Shown in pieces: positions 36,775 through 50,442 of a stretch of 64,000 nt of DNA (within the stretch, counting starts at the first letter, position 1; every line of letters starts with the position of its first letter). A model generated the notes under the pieces. That model did not search any database and was not told where the DNA came from. It saw only the letters and a program-made list of their open reading frames with translations. Source of the stretch: Cenococcum geophilum (taxonomy: Eukaryota). The DNA lies in contig CP158635.1 in the NCBI GenBank assembly GCA_050273025.1, positions 28,272,001 through 28,336,000 of the forward strand. Reading direction: 5' to 3'. Made by a program: the position numbers and the translations under genes.

Positions 36775-39700
36775 TGTCGGGAATGAGGCAAGCGGTCGTC
36801 ACGTGACGCCGCGGCACTAGCGTGGCGAGGAGTTTTAAGCTCCTCGCCCTTCCTTATTCCAATGAAGCAAGCTTTATTAACCAACATCACTATAACCTAC
36901 TCAAGTAGTCGTTATTAGTGAGTTACTCTGTATAACTAATACTAATTAGTAGTTAAATACACAGTTAACTATAGAGTAGCTAGGTTTTTAAATAGAAGAG
37001 ACAGTCTTATATAGGGGTGCTATATGCGCTTATATGGAATGGATCTCGGCGATACTATACTACCTTAAACTTATAGAAAACTAGTAATAAAAGTATTACT
37101 AAGTACTAGGAGATACTAAGTTGCGTCTATTATGTAGAATAACCGCGTTTATAAAGATTTAGTTAAGTACTTTAGGTTAGAAGTGTTACTAAACCTAAGG
37201 TCCTAAGTTAACGTCCAAAACGCGTTAAAAACAACCACCTTAATACCCTTTATGTACTTTTGTAGACCGTAGGATTATAATTACTACCTAATTACACGTT
37301 AAACAACCCTTATTTTCCTTAATCTTTTTATTAAAACGCGTTAAATAACTACCTTAATACCCTCCGTGTACCTTCGCAGATTCTATTATAGTATTAACCT
37401 ACTTAAAGAAGTATAAGAAAGACATTAACCTAGAGATATAGAACACCGACATAACTAACCTTAAAGATATTAATTAGTAAGACTTAAACGGATTCCTATT
37501 ATACCGTATAGTATACTATAAAGATAGTGAATATAATAACACTATACTATGGTACTATATAAGGGAGAACTTTATTAGATAGATAAAAGGAACATAGACT
37601 CCTATAAAGAAGGATATTATATAAGACTTCCGTAACTTCTTATAGGAGTATAAAGTGTTTATACCTATAGACGGGGGTACTATTAGAGATAATATTTAAA
37701 AGTAGGTTATTAATGTAAAAGAAGAGCATAAATAGACTTAATAAGAGATTAAGCACCAACTATGCACTATAAGGAAACTTAACTTATAATAGAATTTAAG
37801 TAATATACCTCCGCCTTTAACTCCTCTGTATTTAATTTAACCCGTAACTTTAAAGTTAAATACTATACCCTAATAAAAGCAGGCACAGGATCCTATTACT
37901 TTACAATTTAACGACCTTTAGACTCTACCAATTAGACCTACGTCCCTACTACAGCCTATAATGCAACCCCTACCTCCTCTATCTTAATCTTAAATTAGAG
38001 GCAGTTTAAAATTGCTTATAGAGCTTACGAAGCTCTATTTAGATTAGGAGAAGAAGTTTAGTAGGGAATTATATAATATTCTTAATTTAAAACTACGTAT
38101 CTTTTATAACTATTGCTAAAAGGTAGGAATAGAGTTTAATTAATACCATAACGCTTATTCCGTTATGCTTAAGGGCCAAACTAGTACCTTCTATTATAAT
38201 TATTTAGCAGGAAAAGGATATAATTTTAACCGCATAATATATAAGTTAAGATACTACTTTAAAATAGAAGAGTGTAACGGCGCTACCGCACGTTACCTGC
38301 CAAATTCTGCCATATTCTACCGACCTGCGATTGGCCCGCCCAAAGCTAGCGCCTTGGCGGCTCACCCTATATATTTATTTACATCGGTCCTAGCAACCCC
38401 TTTTCATTCTCTTTAGCTTAGTATCTTCGTAATACAGCATTCTATAAGCTTCGGTTTAGAGGCATTTATATAAGCCGTAACATTATACTAAGCTCACCCT
38501 ACATTACCTAGGAAGGCCTCAATAATATCCCACCCTAAAGAAACTTCGTCTGCAACAACGCATTAACGCGCTATACTTAGACACTAAAACAACTCTACAT
38601 TACCTGGGAAGGCCTAGATAATATCCCGCCTTATAAGCTAGACAGGGCTAGATCTATACCCCCAGAATTAAAACTAAAGCGTATAATACTGACGAACCTT
38701 AGGAAGCTAACGATGGTACTTAAAGCAAGCTTATCTAAGAGAGCTACCTTTACCTAAGAGGAACCTAAGATCTAATTAGGATCAGAAATCGAAGACAATA
38801 ATAACGTCGTAGACGTACACAAGCAGATTCGCGCCCTTGTAGCCAGCTAGGAAGCCAATTATCTTAAAGCAAGAAATATATAAGAGACCCTATAAGAGAT
38901 CCTAGAAAGCCTTACAGCCCTATAAAATAGCCCAGCTTCCCTTTCTTAAAGCCCTAGCCGACCTATTTACTCCACTAAATGCAATATACTAGAGAGTACG
39001 GATACAATAACAAAGTAATTAAAGTCCGTTAAGCTTCTTAACCCCTTACTACTATCTAACGGGATAGACCCTACCTTTAAGAATTGGAGGATTTAAGTAC
39101 GAGGAAAGCTCTATATTAACTATAACTATTTCCTTTCTAAAGAAGCTAAAATGCTCTATCTCTTTAGTCGAACCACTAGGGACGCCTAATGGTACCTTTA
39201 AGCCAAGTTTAAGGATGACTTCCCTATCTAATTTATATCTGTTAATAAGATAATACGGCACCTAGCGGCTATCTATATTAACCTAAACAAAGTATAGAAT
39301 GCCTATTATAACTATAATCGCCTAATAATAAAACCGAACTAACCCTTTACCAAATTCTAGATTTAATTCCTATACCTTATAGGAGAAGGCTAGGTTCCCC
39401 TTAAGAACTACCGATTAGACCTATACGATAAGCTAACAATCCGGCTATAAAAAAAGATCACTGTAACCTTAGATAACCTACTAACTTACGAAAAACTCAC
39501 AGCTTATTGCCTATTATTAGACTTAAAACTAAAGCGGATTAACGCCTACCCTAATTAGCAGAAGCAACTCCGTAATAATTAGAACTCGCTAGCTATACTT
39601 ACAGAAGCTAGAGCAGAAAGATAAGTTATAACTACTCTTACACTAAAGGCGGTTATAACTATATACTGGCGAGCCTCGCCCAACTAGTTATATACTATAC

Positions 39701-42700
39701 CACTAACTAGTATTTACCATAATACTCTAATTAACTCTGCCTCGGCTATATGCTATAACTATAATAAGTAGGGTCACTTTACCTTATCCTGCCCGGAGCT
39801 AAAGGATATAGGCGATATTAAGGAAATAGAGGAAGAAGAAACGTCTAATAAGTTAGGAAAAAAAGAACCCTAGGGAAAGACTCCCCCCTAAGGTACCCTA
39901 TTAATCTTAAAGAGATTAATCTTAGTTAGTTAATAGGTGGAAAGCATTTTACGGTTTTATATATAGTATCTTAAAATAGATATAGAGTTAATATAACCGC
40001 CCTTATTGACACTAGAGCAAATAGCTTCGCCTTTATAAATACTACCTATATGAATAATATTGCTAAGTTTCTAAATACAGAAGCCATCTAACTAGAGAAG
40101 CCTATCTAGGTAAAAGGCTATAACGGCCAAGCCGGTTAGCCTGTTACCTACGTCTTAAAGTTATATATCGCTCTTAACGGACGACGCCAATATAGTATCC
40201 CCTTTTGCATCCTAAACCTAGGGTCCTATAATATAATCCTTAGACAAAAATAGATGTCCTATTTTAATATTTGGTTAAATATACAATAAAGACGGTTTAT
40301 CTAGCCGGAGGATAGCCTAAGGTTACCCTCCTTTATTAGGGAGATCCAAACTAACCGCAAGATACTAGCCGTAAGGGCTAACCCTACCTACTAGTAGGAT
40401 ATCCGGGCCTATAACCTAGCCTTTACCTAAGAAGACGCCCGCCGTAAAGCTGGAAAGAACTCTATACTAACAAAGATACTCTTCTAAAGCGCTATATTTA
40501 AAGAGAACTCTACGTATAAAAGCGGGATAGATAGTAATATAGACAATGTCTAAATTATATAGATTTAACCGGTATGGAAAAGAACGTATTAATAGGATAT
40601 AAGGGATAACCTCTAAAAGATATAATAGGAGCTAAAAGGAGTAACGATAACACCAGTACCCTAGAAGTCCCTAAAGTCACGTACGCCCCTATTATTAGGC
40701 AACCCCCCCACTATAGACATCGCTGCAATTAGCGTGGTAGCGTTTCACTTTAATATATACTAGAAGGACAATAAGGTCTTTATAATAAGCCTATATAAGA
40801 TTAACCAAATTATTAATAATAGAGAGGAAAGGCTAACTAAGGAAACTAATAAGGAACTAGTTAAACGCCTCCTTTCTACCATTTATACAGCCTATAAGGA
40901 TACATTCTTAAAGGCGGCCTTAGATAAGTTACCCCCCCACTAGATATATAATTATAAGATTCAATTAGAAGCTAATAACTTGCTAGGCTATAGCCCCCTC
41001 TACTATTAATTAATGGATAAGCTAAAAGTAATAAAGTAGTACTTAATTAATAACCTGGATAAAGGGTTTATCGAGCTAAGTTAAGCCCCTTTTGCTTCCC
41101 CTATCCTATTTATAAAAAAGCCTAATAAAGGCCTTTGTTTTTATATTAACTATTAAAAGCTAAATGCTATTACTTAAAAGGACCGGTATCCTATTCCCTT
41201 AATTAATAAGACCCTTATATATTTAAGCTAGGTAAAGATCTTTACCAAACTTAATATCCACCAAGCTTTCTACTAAATTAGGATAGACCCTATATTTAAA
41301 GATTTAACAACGTTCTGTACCCGTTATAGTTCCTATAAATATAAAGTCCTTCCTTTTAGACTAATAAACGGACCGGCTATGTACTAAAGGTATATAAATA
41401 ACGTTCTTTTTAATTACCTTAACGAATTCTACACGGTATACCTAGATAATATTCTTATATACTTAGACAACGAACTTAAGTATTAAGTTTATATTAAGAA
41501 GGTCCTAGAGAGACTACGGAACGCGGGCTTATAAGTTAATATTAAGAAATACGAGTTTGGGGTAAAACGTATAAAATACCTTAGGTTTATCGTGATTATA
41601 GAAGAAATTAAGGTTAACCCTAAGAAGGTAGAGGCAATCCGTAACTAAAAGCCCCCTTATATAGTAAAAGGAATCTAATCCTTCCTTAGCTTTTATAACT
41701 TCTACTACTAGTTTATCCGTAACTACGGAATTATAGTAAAACCTCTTATATAACTAACTAGGAAAGATACGCCTTTTATCTTTAATAATAGATATATAGA
41801 AGCCTTTAAAGAGATAAAGGATCGGCTTATCTCTTCCCTAATTCTTTATTACTATAACCCGGACCTTAAATTAATGCTAGAAACGGACGCCTCTAATAGG
41901 GTCGTAGCGGGAATCTTATTATAGTTGTATCTAGACGGCGAATGGTACCCTATAGCTTTCTTTTTAAAGATAATAGACCCGGCTAAGTGTAACTATAAAG
42001 TACATAATAAAGAAATGCTAGCTATTATTTAATTACTCTCCTAATAACGCGTAGAGCTCAAAGGTACAAACTCTAGGATTAAGATATATATAGATTACAA
42101 AGCCCTAGAGTACTTTATAACTATAAAGCAACTTACTAAATAATAGGCCTAGTAGGCCAAAATACTCTCCTAATTCTTCTTTATAATTATATACTATTTT
42201 AGTAAGCAAAACTCTAAGGCTAATGCCCTAACCTAAAGAGAATAAGATATAGGACCCTAGGATAAGCTAAAGACCTAATATCGGACGCGTGCCCTCCTCT
42301 ATCTAGAACAGCTTAACCTACAGATCCTTAAGGAGCTAGACTTTTAGTAAAACAAGCTAGCACTAATAGAGGAGTCCTTAGATAAACCAATAGGGCTAAT
42401 TAACCGCCTCCTAACTATAAACCGCATAGCTAACGCCTTAAGGGCCCTCTGCGAATAAGCTATAAAAGAAGACCCCAATTTTAAAACAGAGGAAGGATTG
42501 CTCCTATATTAGGAGCGGCTTATAGTCTCTAACGTCGATAATCTACGGACTAAACTAATCCGTAAAGCTTATTACTAAGTCTCTACGGTACACCCTAGCA
42601 AGAATAAAACCCGTAAAATTATTAACTGCCGCTACTACTAGCTAAGAATAGTTGCGGATATTAATTAATATATATAGAACTATAAAGACTGCTAGAGAGC

Positions 42701-45700
42701 TATAATCTCATAGGATAAGACCATAGGACTACTTAAGCTACTCCTAATACTAGAGCGCCTTTAGCAGTATATCTTTATAAACTTTTATAAACTACCTAGG
42801 GACCGTAACGGATACGATATAGTTATGGTTATAGTCGACTGCTTTAGTAAACGCCCGTTCTTAATTCCCTATTATAAGAACATTAATGCTAAAGAGGCAG
42901 CCCGGCTATTTATCTATTATATCTACCGAATCTACGGACTACTAAATACTATTATATCTAATTACGGGCCATAGTTTATATCGGCCTTTTAGAATAAGTT
43001 TACCTAGATCCTAGACATTAAGCTAAAGCTTTCTACGGCTTATTACCCCTAGACAGACGGTTAAATAGAGATTGTAAATTAGTACCTAGACTAGAGGCTT
43101 AGGCCCTTTATTAACTATTTCTAGGACAACTAGTCTAAACTACTACCCTTAATAGACTACGCGCAAGCAACCCTACCCCATAACTCCACAGGGTTTGCCC
43201 CAATTTAGCTAGAAATAGGATACTTACCCCACATAAGCTTTAACTAGAAAAGGCTAGAGGAACCCCAGACTATATAAGAGAAGCTATTCTATACTAAGGC
43301 CCAACAGTACACCAAACGATTGGAGGAAGCCTAGATAGTAGCCCATAAGAACCTAGAAAAAGCTTAGAGGTTAATAAAATAGCAGGCGAACAAACACCAT
43401 CGAGAGCCCAATTTTGCCCCTAGTAATATAGTCTAGGTTATAACAAGGAATTAGAAGACCGAATAACCTAGCCGTAAGCTAGACTACTAGATGGCAGGAC
43501 TATATAAGGTTCTTAAGAAGATAGGCAACTTATATAAGATAAAGCTCCTAGATTTAATTAGGGTTTACCCTATCTTCTCGCCAGATAAGTTACGGAAAGC
43601 TATAAACGACCTACTGCCTAGATAAAAGAATAAGCCTTCCTTACTAGTTTAAGTAAACGGTAATAACAAATAGAAGGTTAATAAAATACTAGCCTATAAG
43701 ATAGTATAGGGAACGCTAAAATACTATATCTAATAGAAGGGCTACAATCCTAACCTAACCTAGTACCCTACGTGGAACTTTATAGGCTGCCCCCAGAAGC
43801 TTAAAGAATTCTATAATTAATACCCTAATACGCCTAGACCCCTAAAGTACCTAGACAAATAGATGGAATACTAGTATAATAAAGATAATAAGTTACCGGA
43901 AGAATATAGGGACAAAAACGCCCTAAAGCCCTAATACAGCTGTCTGCCAAATTCTGCCATATTCTACCGTTTTCTGCCAATACCATAAAATTTCAAATAT
44001 TAAGGAACTTTAACCGCCGGTTAAAGTTGTCTAATTAGTCGGATCTGTGCTAAGACTTTTAGCGGCTACTCTTTCTAGCCTAGTGCTTTCACTTAGGCCA
44101 TAATTGCCCTTTATACTTAGTCTGGGCATACTTGTGTCCCCTTTATCTCCTTATCTTATATTTTATAATCCTATATTTATAAGCCTAGTACTACCCTATT
44201 TCTAACTAAGCCTAAGGGCAGGCTTTCTTTTAAAGAGGGGGGTGATATAACGGCGCTACCGCACGTTACCTGCCAAATTCTGCCATATTCTACCGACCTA
44301 TAATTGGCCCGCCTAAAGCTAGCGCCTTGGCGGCTTACCCTATATATTTGTTTACATCGGTCCTAGCGACCCCTTTTCCTTCTCTTTAGCTTAGTATCTT
44401 CGTAATACAGCATTCTACAAGCTTTGGTTTAGAGGCATTTGTATAAGCCGTAATAAAGAGAATAAGTAGCAGTATATATTAGAATAGAGAAAGACTACCT
44501 TTTTAAGGATCATTACTATAAACCTAGGTGTCCCTTAACTTAATTATCTTTAAAAGCTTTTTAATTAACTTTAGATAATTTAGCGTAGTTTATCCAAATT
44601 ATATTAAGAGGATTTTAGCCTATATAATTAAGTCATTAGCGTATGCTAAGGCGTTAAAGAATATAACCTTACTCTCTTTAATCCTGTAAATACTTATAAA
44701 GGAGTATATACTTAATTAAGATCTTCTATTAGTACCGCTCTATGCTCTTAAAAAGTATAGCAATTTAACGCCTAACTTTAACCTACTTTAATCAACCCAC
44801 CTAACCAATATAATTATAACTAGACTAATTAAATATATAGTAGCCGTAGTAGGTAATATGGTAGAGGGTATAATTAATAACTATAAGGTAAAAGTAGAGG
44901 TTCTTATAAAGGTTTATTTTAAAGCAATTATTGGAAGAAGTACTACGTTTATAAGAAACCGAATTACTAGTTAACTAGGTATTCTCTTAATAAATAAAAG
45001 GAGGTATATAATAAGTTTCGCTAGAGTATAAGAAATGTTAAAAATTATAAGGTTACTACGGCTTACTTTTAAAGCTTCCTAGTTTAATATAAAGGTATAG
45101 AAGATCTTAAGGGTAAGGTTAATAAAACCAAATAGCTCCTTATGGATATAGAAATTAAGGACCACTCTCCTAACTAATACTTTACTAAGTATGGTAAGGT
45201 AAATGGTATATAAACCGTTGCTATTCTTAATAACTAATCTACGCTCTACTCTATTACGAAGTTAGATATCTTTAATAAGCTAAGAAAGAGTTCTACGTTT
45301 TCCTTTAATAATAGATACTTAGCGAACATCTTCTATAGTATTATACCAGATACTGGAGCCGTAGGAGTATCTATAATAGGAGAACCTTAAGTTTAAGCCC
45401 TTTAGCAGCTTAATAGCTCTATTTAGATTAACTATTTAACGGTAGGCTAATATATAATTTATTTTGGCAAGGGTAATATAATCTCTCTTAGCATAATTAG
45501 GGTCTAAACCCCCTTAGGGTGCATTACTTTCCACGTTATTCCTATAAATACTCTATTTCTATTTTACATTAGAGATATAGATAAATTAGGCGTTAAGCTT
45601 AATAACCTTAAGAATATGCTCGTATAGGGAGATAGTTGGGTACCCGTTATACGCAAGTAGGGTTACCCCTAGTTACTCCTTTAGCAACTAGAAAAGAGCG

Positions 45701-48700
45701 TTGCTTAAAGCCACTTAACTAAGTTAGAGTTACGTTAACTATACCATCATTTTAGCCACCTATCTATTTACTAATTACTTAGGGTTCTTTAGTAAGCAGG
45801 CTATAAAGTTAAGGTTAAGGTAATTAAGTATCTTATAAAGTACTACTATTACTACTAAATAAACTAGAAGTCCCCTAGCCAATTTAAGTTTACCCTTAAG
45901 GATAACTATAAATTTAACTTCTGTATTATTATTAATGTTATATATCTTAGCGGCAAGCTAGTACTCTAAGTTGTTAACTTCTTAACCTCCTTTTAAGCCA
46001 TACGTTTTTTAAAGGATATATTAGCTAGGAACGTATAGGATACCCTTTAGTTATGCTAGATTAATGTTTACCTAAAACCCCCTAATTAAATTGTCTATAA
46101 TATAAGAAAGAACTTCTTATCTATAGAGTTTCGATAATAAATAAAGGCAATAGTAATTAAGGTTAAGGAAGTCCCTATTAAGGCATATAATAGTATTAAA
46201 AAAGTGGAACAATATTATACGCCATTACGCCGCGTATATAAGATTATTTCTTTAGAACTAGAGGGTACTAATAAAAAGCTTATCTTATAAATAGCTGTTA
46301 AAGCTATTAACAATTCCGCTAGCCCGGATAGACTTATACCTATATTACTAGTATTTAGCGCCTACCCTTAAATAACTAATAATTCTCTACTATCTCCCTC
46401 TATTATATAATAAGCTAAGGCTATTTATAAGGTAATAAAGGAGGTATAACGTCTTTATGCTATACGCTAGGTTAACAATATATTAGGAATAAGAAATGGC
46501 CTAAATACCTTAACTATACTTAACCTACCACTCCAGTCTAAGGTACGCGTATGGCGTAAAAAGGGAGGATAATTAGGCCTATATTAACTTATTATAATTA
46601 ATAGTTAAACTTATACTATTTAGATACCTTATAGACCTACTTAATTCCATTTAACTGTTATTAAGCCTTACTATAAAGATAACAGTTCTAAGCCTTTATA
46701 GGATGCCCTAAAAAAGAACTACAATTAACGTGCTTTAGAAGGCAACTACGATTCTAATATAATTATAGTAAAGGTGCCGCAACTACAACGCGGTAGAGGT
46801 CGCCCAAAAGGATTACGAAATTACTAATATCTTATTAATTTTAAAGAGCAATTCGTTGCCGCTATTAAGAATAGAGTTAAGTTATTAATAGCCTTTATAA
46901 TAGCTAAGGAGAAGGCTAACTTTAAGCTCGCAAAACAGCTCTAAAAGGAAGGTCATATTATAACTCCTAGAGCTCCTTTCTAAGTATCCAATAAGTAGGA
47001 GATTGATAGTCTTATTATAAGAGAAGTCTTTAAGTTTAAGAAGTATAACCCTACTAAGTTTAATAAAGTTTGCATCTTTAAGTTAAGAATAGTTAACGAG
47101 ATTAAAGGTAAAGCTATTAACGCCCCATTTAAGAAATTAAGGCTTATTATTTAAGGTTACAACAATAATAGTAAGGAGGTAATTTTTATATAATTTCCTA
47201 TAATTTAACAAGCTAGTTAGTAAGTTATTATTACGCTAGCTTCCTCCTTAATAAAGAATAGAATGGCAGTTTATTTATAAAATATTACTTAAGCCTACAC
47301 CTAATTAGAGACGCACCTTTAGCACTTAATATTAGCATACCTTCCGGAGTAAATTCGCCACTAGTATCCTAAAGATACGATTATAGTTATACTTAAGCCA
47401 TTATATAGAATCGCAGAGGCAGGAACTTACTAGTAGGCTACCTACAGCAAGTACTATAAAGAGAAGCTTTTAATAACTACTTCTATATTTAATCCCTGCT
47501 TCCTTATTATAACTATAAAAACTCTATTTAGAATTGTTAATATATAAACTAATAATATAATTATCTTAGGAGACGACCAATTCTTAGCTCTTAAAGAAGA
47601 CGAGCTAGTAAAGGCAAATCTTATAGCAAAGCTAAAGAAAAAGCTTAATTTAATAATACTATTACTTTTTAATAAATGCATCCTCTCCCTAAACGAGGAC
47701 TCTATTACTTTATGCTAGAAGGGTTAAGGTAAGAAGATTAACGTTATTAACGTTAATTCTTTAAAATAAGGATACGTAAAGTAACGCGCCTGCGGAGCTT
47801 ATATTGCTTCTATCTATTAACCTAAGGCTTTATTTAATCTCTTTATTACTATCTAATACTAGGAACTAACTAAGGATAATATTCTTGCCTTAAATAAGCG
47901 TCTTTCCTAGCAAATAAACCATCTTAATTAGGGACTACTCTATATGCCTATTAATCTTCCTACCGCTAAGCTCTTTGTATTTATTAATAGATTGTTTATA
48001 AATAATAAAGATTTTAGCTCTTAGCTAGGATATAAGATTATTATCGCGAATAAATCTACTAGAGAGAATAACTTTATAATCTACGGCAATCTTATTTATT
48101 AGAGTTTAACTAAAAGTAAACGTATTACCTAAAGCGTTCTAGCGTTAGAGATATATAAAATAGTTGGCGGAGTTAATATAGCAATTACAATTAGAACTAC
48201 CCTAAAAATAATTATAGATTAACTTAAACTTCTTGTTATTCCTATAATTGTATATACTAACTTATATTCCCTCTATAAATGTTTAGTTAAGCTTAGTACC
48301 ATAAAGGAGAAGCGCCTTATAATCGATATTATGGTACTTTATTAATCCTATAAACAGTAAGAACTGTTTAAGATTTAATAGATTAACGGTTAAGATAACC
48401 TAGTAAATATAATAACAAAGGCAAATCTAAATAAGGCTCTAGAAACGCTTATTAATATAAATACTCTATATATATAAGTTAAAGGTTAGGTTAAAAGGGA
48501 GTAGGAGTATAATAATCTATAGACCCTAATTCTAACTAGCTAATTAGGATTTTCTATCTCTAGGATAGAAAATTGCTATTAGCTCGCTTATAACTAGCGC
48601 CTTAACGGCCTAGATATAATATCCACTTATAACTCCTAAGTAAGAAAGCACTACGTGCTAAAAGGCAAATTTTAGAATAGTGAGACTTATATTATAATAG

Positions 48701-48954
48701 CAATAGTAAGTAAGGAGGATTTATATTTATTGCGCTAGTTAAGCAGTATTTATATATAGATAGCAACTATAAAAGAAGAGTTGCTAGTGTCGGGAATGAG
48801 GCAAGCGGTCGTTACGTAACGCCGCGGCACTAGCGTAGCGAGGAGTCTTAAGCTCCTCGCCTTTCCTTATTCCAATAAAGCAAGCTTTATTAACTAACAT
48901 CACTATAACCTACTCAAGTAGTCGTTATTAGTAAGTCACTCTGTGTGACTAATA
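36775..48954 (+). mobile_element. Ty1/Copia LTR retrotransposon I, complete, RIP-inactivated, containing J
   Basis: 167-bp LTRs 36775-36941 and 48788-48954; TSD ATTAT; domain order gag (knuckle ~44940), protease PDTGA ~45346, integrase (ELR.L...FSH ~45725), RT (LKPLYRIAEAG ~47390), RNase H ~48000-48420. Confidence 0.93.
38273..44455 (+). mobile_element. Ty3/Gypsy chromovirus J, full length, RIP-inactivated
   Basis: 210-bp LTRs 38273-38482 and 44246-44455; TSD AAGAG; PPT AAAGAGGGGGGTGA; gag knuckle ~39750, protease ALIDTRA ~40000, RT YLDNILIY ~41440, RNase H ETDAS ~41880, integrase, chromodomain ~43670-43830. Confidence 0.95.
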
Positions 48955-50442
48955 ATTATATACTAACCTAGCAAACTTAATTAAAAGCCTAACTTATTAA
49001 TATAATAATTATAAAACTTACTTATAAACGCCTCTAATAAACGGATTATAAATTAATAATAAATTCTGCTACCCCCTAAATGCTTTAAAAAACTACGCCC
49101 TATATTTTTAAACGCGGAGCTTAATAAAAATAAATTAGAAGTTAATAAATGAGAAATAGAAATGAATAAGCTAATAGAATACAAATATAAGAATAATATA
49201 TAGATAATAGATATAAGAAAAGCAATTTAAATAAGGAAACAATAGTATAAGGATATTACACTTACTAAATGCGAAATTTAAAATAACCGATTATACTAAT
49301 AATAGAAGATAGTAGTTCCGAATTCTAAACCTTTATAATTTAAGATACTTAGATTCATATATAACTCCCTAGTAGTAGGATATACTAGCCGTATAAAGAC
49401 TTATAAGATTATTTAATAAGTATACTACTAGCCTATAATGTATAACTACGTACGAAAATACGTTTAAGTATATAGAATATACGTGCGTAAAAAGACCTCT
49501 TATGTAAAGAAGTAAGGAGTACTTTAACCGCTACCAATTCCGATATAAAGATAGCGCGATATCTTAATTAACTTTATAGTTAACTTACCTAATTATAATA
49601 GGGTTATAAATATTATAGTAGTTATTAACCATTTTATAAAAATGCGATATATAATCTCCATAGACTTAATTAATGCAATATTAGTAGAAGAATGTTTTAT
49701 TAAGCACGTCTTTAAGCTACACAGACTTTTTAACTTAATAATATTCAATTATAAAAGCTAGTTTGTTTTAGACTTTTAGCAAGCTCTATATAAATAATTA
49801 AGTATTTAAATATAACTCTTAACTACATTTTATATAAAGATAGATAGTTAAACTAAAATTGCGAACGCGATTATAGAATAATACCCTATAAATATACTGC
49901 TCCTACCTATACGACGACTAGGAAAAATGGCTGCCCTTAGCTAAGTTTATCGCGAATAATACAATAAATATATTAATAGGCGTAACGCTATTCTACACAA
50001 CCCATAGACAAGACCCTTAACTTAGATTTAAACTATAACCTAAAATTAATATAATAGGACCCATAATTAAACGGATTTAGTTAATTAACGTATATAACTT
50101 TGCTAATTAAATAAAGTAGTTAATGGAACTATTATAAAGTAAATTAATGTACGCTTAAATGGTATAGGAATAGTATATAAATAAAGAACGAGCTCCAGTA
50201 TAGGACTTTAAGAAAGGTAATATAGTTTACCTAAATATATAAAACCTAAAGACTTAACGGCCCTTAAAGAAACTTAGTTAGAAGTTTACGGGCCTGTACT
50301 AAATTAAGAAGAAACTAAGCCCATACGCCTATAAGCTTAAACTACTAACTAAGATAAAAATATACATAACGTTTTATGTAAGCTTGCTATAATCTTTAAC
50401 TCGTAAAGTACTACTATTACCTTCTATAATTGTTAATAATGG

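Noticed and set aside
37218..38630. Short internal duplications in the leaders of Copia I (~37220/37335) and J (~38499/38595)
   Set aside because: Common in retroelement leaders/gag N-termini; no further structure seen
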